A stretch of DNA of 64,000 bases from Candidatus Eiseniibacteriota bacterium. GTDB lineage: Bacteria; Eisenbacteria; RBG-16-71-46; JABDJR01. The DNA lies in NCBI GenBank assembly GCA_963762255.1, contig CAVXKA010000002.1, positions 480,001 to 544,000 of the forward strand, in the 5' to 3' direction. Shown piece after piece: positions 18,310 to 27,789 of the stretch; position 1 is the first letter of the stretch; the number at the start of each line of letters is the position of its first letter. The notes beneath the pieces are model-generated. The model saw only the letters and a program-made list of their open reading frames with translations. It ran no database searches and was not told where the DNA came from. The position numbers and the translations under genes are program-made.

Positions 18310-19803
18310 CTAGTATCCGATGAAGTCGGAGGAATAGCGCAGGACATAACGCCCCGTGCCCGTCTCGTCCACGAACACGAACTTGAGGCCGGTCATGCTG
18401 GTCGTGAACTCGCGCTCAGGGAACAGCGGCGTCCCCTGACGCGTGTAGGACCAGATCTCGTAGGGACGCGTGTCGGCCTCGTCGTTGGTGGCGAGAAGTC
18501 GGCCCTCCTCGTTCTCCCTCGTCAACTCTTCCACGCGGCGGTCCAGTTGGCGGTCTACGGTGGGCAGAAGCTCGCGTTCGATTTCGTCGGGGTCGCCGAA
18601 GCGGATGAAGATGCGGCCGCGGTCGGTGATCATCCCCTTCATGCCGTGAGCGCTGAATTCCCGATTGGCGAAGGCCACTCGGCGCAGGAATTCGCCCCGC
18701 AGTTCGTTCTGAGCGGACTGGGGAGTCGGGTCCGACTCGGTCCAGAATCGCTGAATGTAGAGCTCGCGGTCACCGAAGGACATCTCCTTGAACTTCTCGT
18801 ACTCGGCCTCTGTGAAGAGCACGCGGGCCTCATCCAGAACGTCCTGCTCGCTCCGATCCCACGAGTCCGAATTCCACAGCACATTGAACGGCCGCTCCGA
18901 GGCGGTCTCCTCGCCGGTGGCCACATTCTCCAAAGTCGCGCGCAGCACGAACTGCCCGCTGCCGGCCTGAGAAAGATCGAAGCTCACGACCCGGACGCAT
19001 TCACCCGAGGCGCAGCGCACGGTGTCGGGCGCAGGAGCGGTCACCGACCCGGACGGTCCCCGAATCTCGTAGTGCGCCACGAATGCCCTCTCCCCTTCCA
19101 CCCCCTCCCGCAGATCGTAGATCTCGTAGTAGGCGGTCAATCGCGGCTGCAGCAGGCCGTAACCCCGCGACGGATTGGGGATCACGTTCAACCCGTTCTT
19201 CTCGAAGGGGCCGTCGGCGGTGCTATCCCCGACCTCCCAGGCGAACTGAAGGTCGCTGATCCCGAAGCTCTTCCCCACGAAAGGAGGCGGTTCGAGCGGA
19301 CCTTCTCCGGCGCCGTTTCGGCGCTTTCCGGTGAACATATAGAGCAGACCGCGCTTGCGGGCGTTCAGATCCTCGACCGCCACCTCGACACTGCGGGCAC
19401 GTGGGTCGAGAGCTTCACGGAGGAGCAGTACCTGGGCATGATCGGGGGACTGCGCCGTCGAGAGGTCGGGAACTCGAAACTCGTAGCGGTGCCCGGCCTC
19501 TCCCAACTCCCGCCCCTCCTCGTCCTTGAAGCGCAGCCGGACGTAGACTTGGCCGGAGTGGGCGCCGTTCCCGTCCTCCCGGAATTCGAGCTGATTGTTG
19601 GTGATCCTGAGGTAGTACTCCTCGATGACTTCCCCCGAGGCGCCCCTGAAGCCGGCATGGTCAGCCTGAAACCAGATGTCCCCGACCGAAGAGAGCGGGA
19701 ACCCCGCCGCCGCCGTCCGTCCGGACACCAGGAAGAGGACGCACAGGACGGCGAGCGTCGCAACCACCCACTCCCGGGCACACCGACCAGATGATTTCAG
19801 CAT
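18310..19803 (-). CDS. Exported GWxTD-domain protein (motif variant GMITD)
   Basis: SD AGGAG; signal peptide; FW...DPTP....NE.R.EF.RRVAFAN..F...GMITDRGRIFIRFG.PDEIE; PYEIWSY; FVFVD..G.GRY.L. Confidence 0.8.
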   Translation of the reverse strand: MLKSSGRCAREWVVATLAVLCVLFLVSGRTAAAGFPLSSVGDIWFQADHAGFRGASGEVIEEYYLRITNNQLEFREDGNGAHSGQVYVRLRFKDEEGRELGEAGHRYEFRVPDLSTAQSPDHAQVLLLREALDPRARSVEVAVEDLNARKRGLLYMFTGKRRNGAGEGPLEPPPFVGKSFGISDLQFAWEVGDSTADGPFEKNGLNVIPNPSRGYGLLQPRLTAYYEIYDLREGVEGERAFVAHYEIRGPSGSVTAPAPDTVRCASGECVRVVSFDLSQAGSGQFVLRATLENVATGEETASERPFNVLWNSDSWDRSEQDVLDEARVLFTEAEYEKFKEMSFGDRELYIQRFWTESDPTPQSAQNELRGEFLRRVAFANREFSAHGMKGMITDRGRIFIRFGDPDEIERELLPTVDRQLDRRVEELTRENEEGRLLATNDEADTRPYEIWSYTRQGTPLFPEREFTTSMTGLKFVFVDETGTGRYVLRYSSDFIGY

Positions 19804-19950
19804 GGCAATCCTCTCCTGCGCGGGACGGCGGGTCTTCGCGGCGACCCCATCCCCGAAAAGCGAAACGGGCAACGCGGGAGTGCCCCACGCTGCCCGTCAG
19901 TCTCACCACCGGATGGCCGTCCGAGAACCGAGGCCCCCGGAATCGGTCTG

Positions 19951-20907
19951 TCAGAATCCAATCTCGAGCGAGAACCGATGCGACTCACCGAGATCCGACA
20001 TGCCGGTGTACGAGTAGTCGAATCGGGTCTCCGAGGAGAGCGAAGTCGGGAACTTCACGCCCACTCCGGCGGCGAGCTTCTCGGCGTCATAGCCGAAATT
20101 CGTGCCACCGCGAAGGAAGAAGAAGTTCTTGAACGCGTACTCCGCACCCAGATTCAGCCGTTCGTTGTTGTCGGGCGGGTGGCTGAACTCCGCGGTGGAT
20201 ATCACCTGATGCTCGAGCGCCTGATAGAGCATGATGGAGCCGCCCACACGAAACAGAATGGGCAGCTTGGCCGACTTGGCCCCGTCGATGTAGGACAGCT
20301 CCGACCCCATGTTCTGGATCGCCATCCCAACCTTCAGCGACCGGAATCCGGTGTCGTAGAGCGTCCCCACGTCAAACGCCAGTGCGTTCGATCCCAGGTC
20401 ATCCAGCCCCGCGTGTACGAGGCTCGCCGTCACACCCATCGAGAACTTGTCGGTGAGGGACCGGGCGTAGGTGAGGCCGTAGGAGGAGTAGCCGGCGTCG
20501 AAATACTCCCCCGTGCCGTCGGGATTGAACACCGTGGTCACCTCCATGTCGTCCGCATAGAGGGCCCGCGCGTTGACCGCCAGCATGCCGGGCAGGAACC
20601 CAAGGCTGAAGACGTATGTCCCCTGGGTCATGTTGACGTCCGCGGCCCAGTTCACATGGTGAACCGCGACGATGCTTCCCTGCAGCCGGGCGATACCGGC
20701 CGGGTTCCAATACACCGATGACGCATCATCGGCGACCGCGACAAAGGCCCCGCCCATCGCGGTGGCCCTCGCCCCGATAGGAATCTTCATGAACTGGCCG
20801 TCATAGGTGCCGACCTTTTCGAAGAACTTAGCCGCTTCGGCGCCGGCCGGCCACAGCCCCGCAGGAACCAGGCATAGCAGCGCGATTGCCACGACCAGAC
20901 GTTTCAC
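19951..20907 (-). CDS. PorV/PorQ-family (FadL-like) outer-membrane beta-barrel
   Basis: SD AAGGAGG + GTG; FMKIPIGARATAMGGAFVAVADDASSVYWNPAGIA; GAEY..KN.FFLRGG; DYSY..M.DLG.SHRFSL..GF. Confidence 0.85.
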   Translation of the reverse strand: MKRLVVAIALLCLVPAGLWPAGAEAAKFFEKVGTYDGQFMKIPIGARATAMGGAFVAVADDASSVYWNPAGIARLQGSIVAVHHVNWAADVNMTQGTYVFSLGFLPGMLAVNARALYADDMEVTTVFNPDGTGEYFDAGYSSYGLTYARSLTDKFSMGVTASLVHAGLDDLGSNALAFDVGTLYDTGFRSLKVGMAIQNMGSELSYIDGAKSAKLPILFRVGGSIMLYQALEHQVISTAEFSHPPDNNERLNLGAEYAFKNFFFLRGGTNFGYDAEKLAAGVGVKFPTSLSSETRFDYSYTGMSDLGESHRFSLEIGF

Positions 20908-20946
20908 CGCAGTACCTCCTTGTGCCCTCATCCTCGAGCGGGGCTC

Positions 20947-23316
20947 CTATCGAATGATCACGAAACGGCCACGACATATCCCCTCGCTGGAATCCACCGA
21001 GTAAAGGTAGATCCCGCTGGTGACGTTTTGCCCGTTCCGGGTGATCATGTTCCAGAAATACGTCCCGTTTCCGTCCGCTCCGTCATGCTGCGCTTCCTGG
21101 ACCAAGTCCCCGGACAGCGTGTAGATTCGGATCGTCGCTCCTTCGTCCGGCAGATTGCGGAAGGCTATCTTGGTCCCGGTTGGATCGCGATCGCTGGGAG
21201 TCAGATCCCAGTCCGCCCGCCCCCGATAGGGGTTGGGGACCACTTTGACCTGATCGCAGCCTTTCGCAGCATTCCAGCGAGGCACGACCATCTCGGCCTC
21301 GACCGCCGACGGCAGTCCGCCTAGCTCGACGGTTTCGTCACGGTCCGTCAGCGCATTGTGCCGGGTGGTGAGGCCGAACGCAGTCACGGCGTAGAAGTAG
21401 ATCTTGCCGTTCAGGATCCCATTGGTATCCTCGTATTGATACCGGCCGACGGGGTAGATCGCCTTGGGAATATCGTCATCGGTGTAGCCGATCTCCTTGA
21501 CATGGTTCTGTCGCACCGTCCGGAGCAGCTGCGCCCCCTGGGAATTCGCGTCCTCGTCATCGCGGAACTCCGCGAGCTTCATCCACTCCTCCGGAGCCGG
21601 CCCGATCGATCCCTCGGGGCGCTGCCAGTTGTCGGCGCGCCAGACCCGGTACCCTTTGAACAACTCCTCACCGGTGATCGGGTCCTTGCGGAGTTCGGAG
21701 CTGTTGTCCCACTGCAGGATGACCTTGTGATCGCCGGCCGGAGAGGAGGCAACCAGATCCGGATCCAGGAGGTCCAGATCCGGGTCGGTGTTCAGCTTGG
21801 GAGGCGGCGGGGCGGTTGTCCCCACCCACTGAATCAGGGCCTCCGCCCCGAGGTCACCGGTGCAGGAGTTGCAGTCCGCATCCACCCAGTGGCAATTCCC
21901 CACATCCCGAAAGTAGACCTTGGTTTCGAGCGTGTCGCACGGATCGTCCCAAACGATCTCGTCCCCTTGCTCGAGTACCATGAGGCAGCGCTCCCTGCCG
22001 TCAACACCCGTAGCGGTGTTTTGGTCCGCATTGATGTACTTGCCATCGAACACCCGTTGCGCGTTCACCGCGTTCGCTCGGTAACCGTCTGCGCCATCTC
22101 CGATCACGTATGCAGTCTGAAAGACAAGCGACTCACCGGGGTTGAGCTGCGCGAAGGGCCCCGCCGCGATCACGTACCTGTAGTCGTCGGGCTTGGTCGC
22201 GTTTCGCTGCGGCTTCGTGCCCGCGGCGATCAGGGCATAACGCTCGTCATCGTTTTGCGGATCGGAGTTGGCGCCGGAGGAGCTGAACCAGCCCACCGTG
22301 GTCAAACCCACGTTCTGCGGAGCGCGCACACCGGTGTCGTCGGTGGTGTGACCGAGAAAAAGGCTCCCGAACACGCCGGGGACGTCGCCCCCGGAGATCG
22401 TCGTCCCGTTGTCGGGAGCGTCCCACATGAACGCGGTGTCCATCGCCAGATCGAAAGTAGCGCAGGGGCCGGCCAGCTGAGGGTCGGTCACCGTCGTGTC
22501 GATATGGGCCCACCCCACCAGGTCGTCGCTCCAGTACTTGTCGGCGGTCTTGGGGCCGGCGTCGGAGTCCGAGAAGAAGCCCAGATACATCTCCCGCAGC
22601 CGCTGGTCGCCGGTGTTGACGATCTCGAATTCGAACCCGACGAATTCGTTAATTCCGGCGGTGGCCCATTGGAAGGATCGCTGCCGGACGAGGATGTTCA
22701 GCGGCACGTGATCCGAAACCTGCGCGAGGGCTTCGGGAGTATCGTCCTTGTACATGCAGGAGAACATCTGCTGGCCGATGGCGGCGTAGTCCTCGTCGAT
22801 GCGGCCGTCGCCGTCGTCATCCAGGCCGTTTTGAAAGTCCTCGTCGTCGAAGCCGTCCTTGTCGTCGTCGACGGCATCCGGATCCGCGCCGCCCAGCCGG
22901 TTACCGCCCCTCAGCCCCTCGAACGACTCGTACACCGTCCAGGTAGCGAGAAGCTCCGGACGCAGCTCCAACGGGGACGCGGTGGACACGTGCGGCTCGG
23001 AGTCGGAGCCGATCGCGCCAATCCAGAGGCCCGAGAAATAGAGGTATTCGCCGCCGCGCCAACCTGCGGAGAAATCATCGATAAACGGGTTCCCGATGAT
23101 CCCTACGTTGGTGATCTGCAGGGTCAGGAGCCCTGCGTTGTGGGCGAAGCTGTAAGGTGGCCGCAACGCATACAGATCGGAAGGTGCGCGCCCCAGAGCG
23201 GTGGGGAGTTCCACGTTCGTGCGCGCCTGGGCGGCCGGCGCTGCCAGAATGAGGCCGGCAGCGAGGGTCGTCAAAACCACCCGTCCAAGCTGTTCGAATC
23301 CAAAGTGCCTGGTCAT
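20947..23316 (-). CDS. Large exported protein with acidic Ca-binding-like repeats and T9SS-CTD-like C-terminus
   Basis: Signal peptide; ITNVG.IG, EYLY.SGLWIGA; DDDKDGFDDED/DDDGDGRIDED; F.GYRVWR, YFYAVTAF; KVVPNPY...IRIYTLSGDLV...SGIYLYSV. Confidence 0.75.
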   Translation of the reverse strand: MTRHFGFEQLGRVVLTTLAAGLILAAPAAQARTNVELPTALGRAPSDLYALRPPYSFAHNAGLLTLQITNVGIIGNPFIDDFSAGWRGGEYLYFSGLWIGAIGSDSEPHVSTASPLELRPELLATWTVYESFEGLRGGNRLGGADPDAVDDDKDGFDDEDFQNGLDDDGDGRIDEDYAAIGQQMFSCMYKDDTPEALAQVSDHVPLNILVRQRSFQWATAGINEFVGFEFEIVNTGDQRLREMYLGFFSDSDAGPKTADKYWSDDLVGWAHIDTTVTDPQLAGPCATFDLAMDTAFMWDAPDNGTTISGGDVPGVFGSLFLGHTTDDTGVRAPQNVGLTTVGWFSSSGANSDPQNDDERYALIAAGTKPQRNATKPDDYRYVIAAGPFAQLNPGESLVFQTAYVIGDGADGYRANAVNAQRVFDGKYINADQNTATGVDGRERCLMVLEQGDEIVWDDPCDTLETKVYFRDVGNCHWVDADCNSCTGDLGAEALIQWVGTTAPPPPKLNTDPDLDLLDPDLVASSPAGDHKVILQWDNSSELRKDPITGEELFKGYRVWRADNWQRPEGSIGPAPEEWMKLAEFRDDEDANSQGAQLLRTVRQNHVKEIGYTDDDIPKAIYPVGRYQYEDTNGILNGKIYFYAVTAFGLTTRHNALTDRDETVELGGLPSAVEAEMVVPRWNAAKGCDQVKVVPNPYRGRADWDLTPSDRDPTGTKIAFRNLPDEGATIRIYTLSGDLVQEAQHDGADGNGTYFWNMITRNGQNVTSGIYLYSVDSSEGICRGRFVIIR

Positions 23317-23332
23317 ACGTCTACTCCCGCCT

Positions 23333-26035
23333 TTAGAAGCTGACGCCGATGCCGACGCGGATATTGCGACCTTCCGAGAAGACCCGCGGATCGTTGAGCG
23401 GCACCCAGTCCTGGATGCCGTCCTCGTTCAGGTCATCGCTCAGGTAGGCCCCGCCCGCCCGCCCCGTCTCGCTGTAAAACACCTGGTAGTCGGTGGTATT
23501 CGCCTGCGGAGGCTGCGGCCAGTTGGCCGGTTCGAGATCCTGGATGTTCCGCGCGTCCAGGACGTTGTTGCCGCGCAGGAACACCTTCACCCGCTGTCCC
23601 CAGATCTTATAGTACTTCTCCGCCTGCACGGTCAGGGACGCCGAACTCGGCAACCGCCGGGAGTTAGTGAGCAAGGGGTCGGGCTTGCGCACGTTTCGGT
23701 CCCGGGGCGTGTAGGGGAACCCCGTGCCGAACGTCCACACGAAATTGGCCGACCAGTTGTTGGGCTGCGCGACCGTCGCGGTCGCCGAGACCGTGTGCCG
23801 CTGGTCCCAATCGAGCGGCTGCTCGGAGATGGGCAAGTACAGGAAATCCACCTGCTGCTGCTGATTGGGGTCGGAGGCCACCCCTGTCGCCACACCGTAG
23901 GTGTAGGAGAGCTCGCCGGCGAAGTTCCGGGTGAACCGTTTGGTGAGGCTCAGCTCAAACCCCCGGGAAGAGGCGTAGTCCTTGTTCACGTATTGCGTGA
24001 CCAGCGCCGGGCTGTCCCCTGAACTGACCTCCTCGATCGTGAGCAGTCCGAAGATATCCTTGAAGTAGACCGAGAACTGTCCGGTCACGCTCTCGGTAAA
24101 CATGTGCTGAAGCGCCGCCTGGTACGAGACGGTCGTCTCGTTGTCCAGGTTCGGGTTCCCGCGGGTGCGCACCGCGGCGCCCCGGTTCTCGAAGATGTAC
24201 TGCCGGTCCGGGACCTGACTGAACCGCCCGTAGTGGAACGAGAACACGTCGCGGTCGGAGATCGGGTAGGCGATGCCCACGCGCGGGCTCCACTGCTCGC
24301 GGGTGCGGTTCTCCACCTCGGCGGCATCCAGTTGGTTCCCCACCGAGAAGTAGTCGTAGCGGATCCCCCCGTTGATCACCATGCCCTCGTGTTCCCAGCG
24401 GTCCTGGAGGTACAGGGACCCTTCGGGATTGTAGTAGTGGTATTCGCTCCGGTAGAGCCCGATTTCGCCTTCGGCGTTGATCCGGTTGGGAAAGTCCACA
24501 GCGAGGAGCGCGAGGTCGTTGTACTTGAGCTCGATCCCGGTCTTGACCTTGTGAGCACCGAGCTGACTGGTCCAGTCCGACTTCAGCGTCCACACCCGGG
24601 ACGATTGATCGCGATAGGTGGGCACGTCGCCGTTGCTCGCAAAGAAGGGCAGGGTCCGGAAGTGGATCCGGTCCCGCCACTGATCGGGATACTGCGCCTC
24701 GTACTCCCAGGGAAGCTTGTCCTGCACCGAGGAAAGGAAGTCGTAAGAGTTCTCGCTGAACTTGAGGGTGTAGAAGGTCCCCGTGCTCAGGGTGTGGCTC
24801 CACACGAGCTTGTACTGCCGAAATGTGTTCTCGTAGTTCGGCGTGTGTTCGGCGGCATTGTAGTAGAGCCAGTTGGGACCTTCCTGCCTCTCGCTGAAGG
24901 CGCCGTATCGAGTCTCGATCGCGCCATTGTCGGCGATCGTGTCGATGCGGGTCTCGACGAAGCCCTCCGCGCTGAAGCTGTGCCGGTAGGTGTCCCAGGT
25001 GCGGTCGTTCTGCAGCACTTCCATGGTCATCTTGTAGTTGGGGCCGGGCTTCCAGGCCAGCTTGGCCTGCAAGTTGATCTCGTTGTCCTGCCGCGGGCCC
25101 ACTCGGATGAAGTCCAGAATCTGGTGCCGTTCGCGCTGCTCGCTGGTCTGAAGATAGGTGTCCGACCACGTACCCTGGACCGAGACGTAGTACGTGAGAT
25201 TGCGAATCGGAGAAGGACCGCCCATCCCGAGGGAAAGCCGGTCGTAGTTGTTATAGGTCTTGTCCGGGGCGCCGTAGTCGTCGGTCATGTAGCTGACTTC
25301 ACCCTGGAACGTATCGGTGCCTTCCTGGGTGATGATGTTGACGACTCCCGACTGAGCGTTCCCGTACTCGGCATCCATCCCGCCGAGGAGCACGTCGGAG
25401 TCCGACACGGACACGGTGGCAACGTTGACGCCTCCGCCCACCAGCGGGTCGTTCACCGGAATGCCGTCGATCTGGTACTGGACCTCGCCCGCTCGCCCCC
25501 CGCGGAAGTGAAGCTGGCCGCCCTGGGCGACGACTCCGGACTTGAGGGCGACCGCCTCGGCAAACGTGTCGACCGGCAGGCGATCGAGTTCCTCGGAGCC
25601 CACGCGATGCTGGGTGCCGGAGTCACCCCGCCGGATGAGCTCTTTGGTGGCCTCGACGCGCACGACTTGCATCGTGGCGACGACGGTGGTCTTGATCTCG
25701 AAGTTGGCGGTGGTGGTCGCTCCGGCGTTGATCTGCACCGTGCGTTCCTGCTGCTCGTATCCCAGGAAAGAGACGCGGATCGTGTAGGTTCCCGCCGGCA
25801 CGTTCTTGACGGTGTACTTCCCATCGGAGTCCGTCATAGCGCCCATCTTGGTGGTGAGAACAACGACGTTCGCGTAGGCCTTGCTCTGGCCGTCGACATC
25901 GCGCACGGTCCCGGTGAGCGTACCCGTACCCTGAGCGGAAGCGGTGGCGACCATGGCCAGCGTCGAACACGCAGCAAGGAGATGGATCAGCATGCCTCTG
26001 GGACGGACTCTCATGACCTCGTCAGTTCCTTTCAT
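23333..26035 (-). CDS. TonB-dependent receptor with N-terminal carboxypeptidase-regulatory-like domain
   Basis: SD GGAGGT; G.LTGTV.D...GAMTD.DG.Y....VPAGTY.I.VSFLGY; plug HFRGGR.GEV.Y.IDGIPV.DP, GGMDAEYGNAQSGVVNI; SPRVGIAYP; GNPNL; C-terminal GVSF. Confidence 0.9.
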   Translation of the reverse strand: MKGTDEVMRVRPRGMLIHLLAACSTLAMVATASAQGTGTLTGTVRDVDGQSKAYANVVVLTTKMGAMTDSDGKYTVKNVPAGTYTIRVSFLGYEQQERTVQINAGATTTANFEIKTTVVATMQVVRVEATKELIRRGDSGTQHRVGSEELDRLPVDTFAEAVALKSGVVAQGGQLHFRGGRAGEVQYQIDGIPVNDPLVGGGVNVATVSVSDSDVLLGGMDAEYGNAQSGVVNIITQEGTDTFQGEVSYMTDDYGAPDKTYNNYDRLSLGMGGPSPIRNLTYYVSVQGTWSDTYLQTSEQRERHQILDFIRVGPRQDNEINLQAKLAWKPGPNYKMTMEVLQNDRTWDTYRHSFSAEGFVETRIDTIADNGAIETRYGAFSERQEGPNWLYYNAAEHTPNYENTFRQYKLVWSHTLSTGTFYTLKFSENSYDFLSSVQDKLPWEYEAQYPDQWRDRIHFRTLPFFASNGDVPTYRDQSSRVWTLKSDWTSQLGAHKVKTGIELKYNDLALLAVDFPNRINAEGEIGLYRSEYHYYNPEGSLYLQDRWEHEGMVINGGIRYDYFSVGNQLDAAEVENRTREQWSPRVGIAYPISDRDVFSFHYGRFSQVPDRQYIFENRGAAVRTRGNPNLDNETTVSYQAALQHMFTESVTGQFSVYFKDIFGLLTIEEVSSGDSPALVTQYVNKDYASSRGFELSLTKRFTRNFAGELSYTYGVATGVASDPNQQQQVDFLYLPISEQPLDWDQRHTVSATATVAQPNNWSANFVWTFGTGFPYTPRDRNVRKPDPLLTNSRRLPSSASLTVQAEKYYKIWGQRVKVFLRGNNVLDARNIQDLEPANWPQPPQANTTDYQVFYSETGRAGGAYLSDDLNEDGIQDWVPLNDPRVFSEGRNIRVGIGVSF

Positions 26036-26079
26036 CAAGGCTCACCTCCAAAAGCTCGTGCTCCTTGCGGAGATCCGCA

Positions 26080-26108
26080 ACTATAAGCAACACGGTAGCT
26101 TGAGTCAA
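26080..26108 (-). promoter_or_regulatory. Proximal sigma70 promoter (P2) of the TBDR operon
   Basis: TTGACT-17 nt-TATAGT; inverted repeat TTGCGGA-N2-TCCGCAA (26065-26080) over the expected start site. Confidence 0.65.
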
Positions 26109-26269
26109 CCAGCGCTGAGGCTAGCGCGGGGCGACTCGTCCGGGGGACACCGGCGGCACGAGGCCGCGACGGGTCGAAACCCGGGCCGAGCAGCGAGAAC
26201 TCTCGTGAGGCAGGACCGCCGGCACCATACGGCGGCTGAGAGTGAGGATACCTGGATCCTGATATCGGT

Positions 26270-26298
26270 ACTCTAGGCCATCCTCTTAGCCCTGTCAA
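26270..26298 (-). promoter_or_regulatory. Distal sigma70 promoter (P1) of the TBDR operon
   Basis: TTGACA-17 nt-TAGAGT. Confidence 0.6.
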
Positions 26299-26320
26299 GG
26301 TTCCCGACCCCCTGAGTCCC

Positions 26321-27775
26321 CTAAAAGAGGTACTTCACGTAGGCCGAGAACTGCGACCGGTCGTTATTGGTCTTGGCGTTCACGTCCACGTCGTAGGCCA
26401 GATCGAACTGCCAGATGCCCCCGGACGGGACGATGCCGATGCCGGTGGACAGCGTCGACCGGTCCAGGTCCCGTTCGCTGACCGTGTTGCCTGCGACGAC
26501 CGTGGTCTTATCCGTGGATTGGGTCTGAGCGAAACCGAGGCGCCCCACCAAGATCTCCCCCGCCAGATACTCCCCTCCCACCCGGAACACGTTTTCATCG
26601 AGCTCGGACTTGATCCCCTCCGAAAATCCGGTGACTTCTGAGCCGGAGACCTTCATCTCGGCAGCCAGCAGAAGCCGAGCCCGAAGCTGCGTGGTCGACA
26701 CTCCCAGCACGAAGGCGTTGCCGTCGGCGGAAACGTCCAGATCGGCGCGGGAGCCGATGATGTTCGGGTTCTGGATGACACTGAAGTCCTGCTGCGCGCT
26801 CAGAACCGCTCCCGAGAGGGTGAGACGATTCGGAATCACTTCCAGCCGCGCGCGGGCGCGAAACGAGTCGTCCGACCGATCTTCGGTAAACGTGTCTGTG
26901 TCGAATCGAACCACCTCGTCGGTCGGGTTGTAGCCGAACCGTTGAGACCAGCTAATCGCGACGGATTCCTTACCCTCAAGCTTCCGGTGCGAGTAGTCCA
27001 CGCCGGCCTGAAGGCGTCCCCGGTCGATAAAGCCGTGGAACGACGCAAGTCCCCCCGGACGACTCCAGTCAAAGGTGTCGGTGTGGAATGGCCCCCGGCT
27101 CGTGCCGTCGACCTGACTCGAGATGATCTCCCCCCGCGCGCCCACCGTGACCCCGCGGGCAACGCGGAACGTTCCGCCGAGGCCGGCGTGGATGAGCGTG
27201 GACTCGTGGGAGATGTTGTAGACGCGCGGAGAGAAGACGCTTTCGGCCTCATCGGTGAGGGCGAGCCGCACTCCAGCTGAGAAGCGGGGGAAGAAGTACC
27301 GGCTTCCCACAAGCTCCAACCCGGAGATCTCGTACGAGTTGCGGAGCCGAGTGACGTCGTCGGTCCTGGCTTCGGCGTAATCGATGCGGCCACCCAGACC
27401 CATCTTGCCGGGGGCATGATAGGCAACCAGGAACGAACCCTCGTTGACGCGGGAATTGTCGCGGTTGCTGGCGGCGTCGCGCTCGGTGAACTCCTGGTGG
27501 CCGTACCGAGTGTCGATGGACCACGAATCACGATCATCACCGAGCCCGGCCGGGTTGTGGCTGAAATCGTAGGCGTCCAACTCGTAGTTCTCGTCGGAGA
27601 CCGCGGCTTCGAACCCGCCCATACCGTCCAGGCGAACGGTTCCCGGGCCGAAGACCACTTGGGTCGGCTGCAGGAACATCCGCTCGTTCACGAGGAGTTG
27701 CGCGGAGGCGGTGCCGGCCGTCAGCGTCATGAGGAGGAAAAACGAAAGCGCTCGGATCTGCATTTCCTTCACCAC
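26321..27775 (-). CDS. Hypothetical outer-membrane beta-barrel protein
   Basis: SD AGGAGG before GTG 27775 (alternative ATG 27763); signal peptide ending ASA; GMGG...NPAG N-terminus reminiscent of FadL/PorV; amphipathic strands; BAM-type end YVKYLF. Confidence 0.65.
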   Translation of the reverse strand: MVKEMQIRALSFFLLMTLTAGTASAQLLVNERMFLQPTQVVFGPGTVRLDGMGGFEAAVSDENYELDAYDFSHNPAGLGDDRDSWSIDTRYGHQEFTERDAASNRDNSRVNEGSFLVAYHAPGKMGLGGRIDYAEARTDDVTRLRNSYEISGLELVGSRYFFPRFSAGVRLALTDEAESVFSPRVYNISHESTLIHAGLGGTFRVARGVTVGARGEIISSQVDGTSRGPFHTDTFDWSRPGGLASFHGFIDRGRLQAGVDYSHRKLEGKESVAISWSQRFGYNPTDEVVRFDTDTFTEDRSDDSFRARARLEVIPNRLTLSGAVLSAQQDFSVIQNPNIIGSRADLDVSADGNAFVLGVSTTQLRARLLLAAEMKVSGSEVTGFSEGIKSELDENVFRVGGEYLAGEILVGRLGFAQTQSTDKTTVVAGNTVSERDLDRSTLSTGIGIVPSGGIWQFDLAYDVDVNAKTNNDRSQFSAYVKYLF

Positions 27776-27789
27776 TGCAAACCTCCTGG

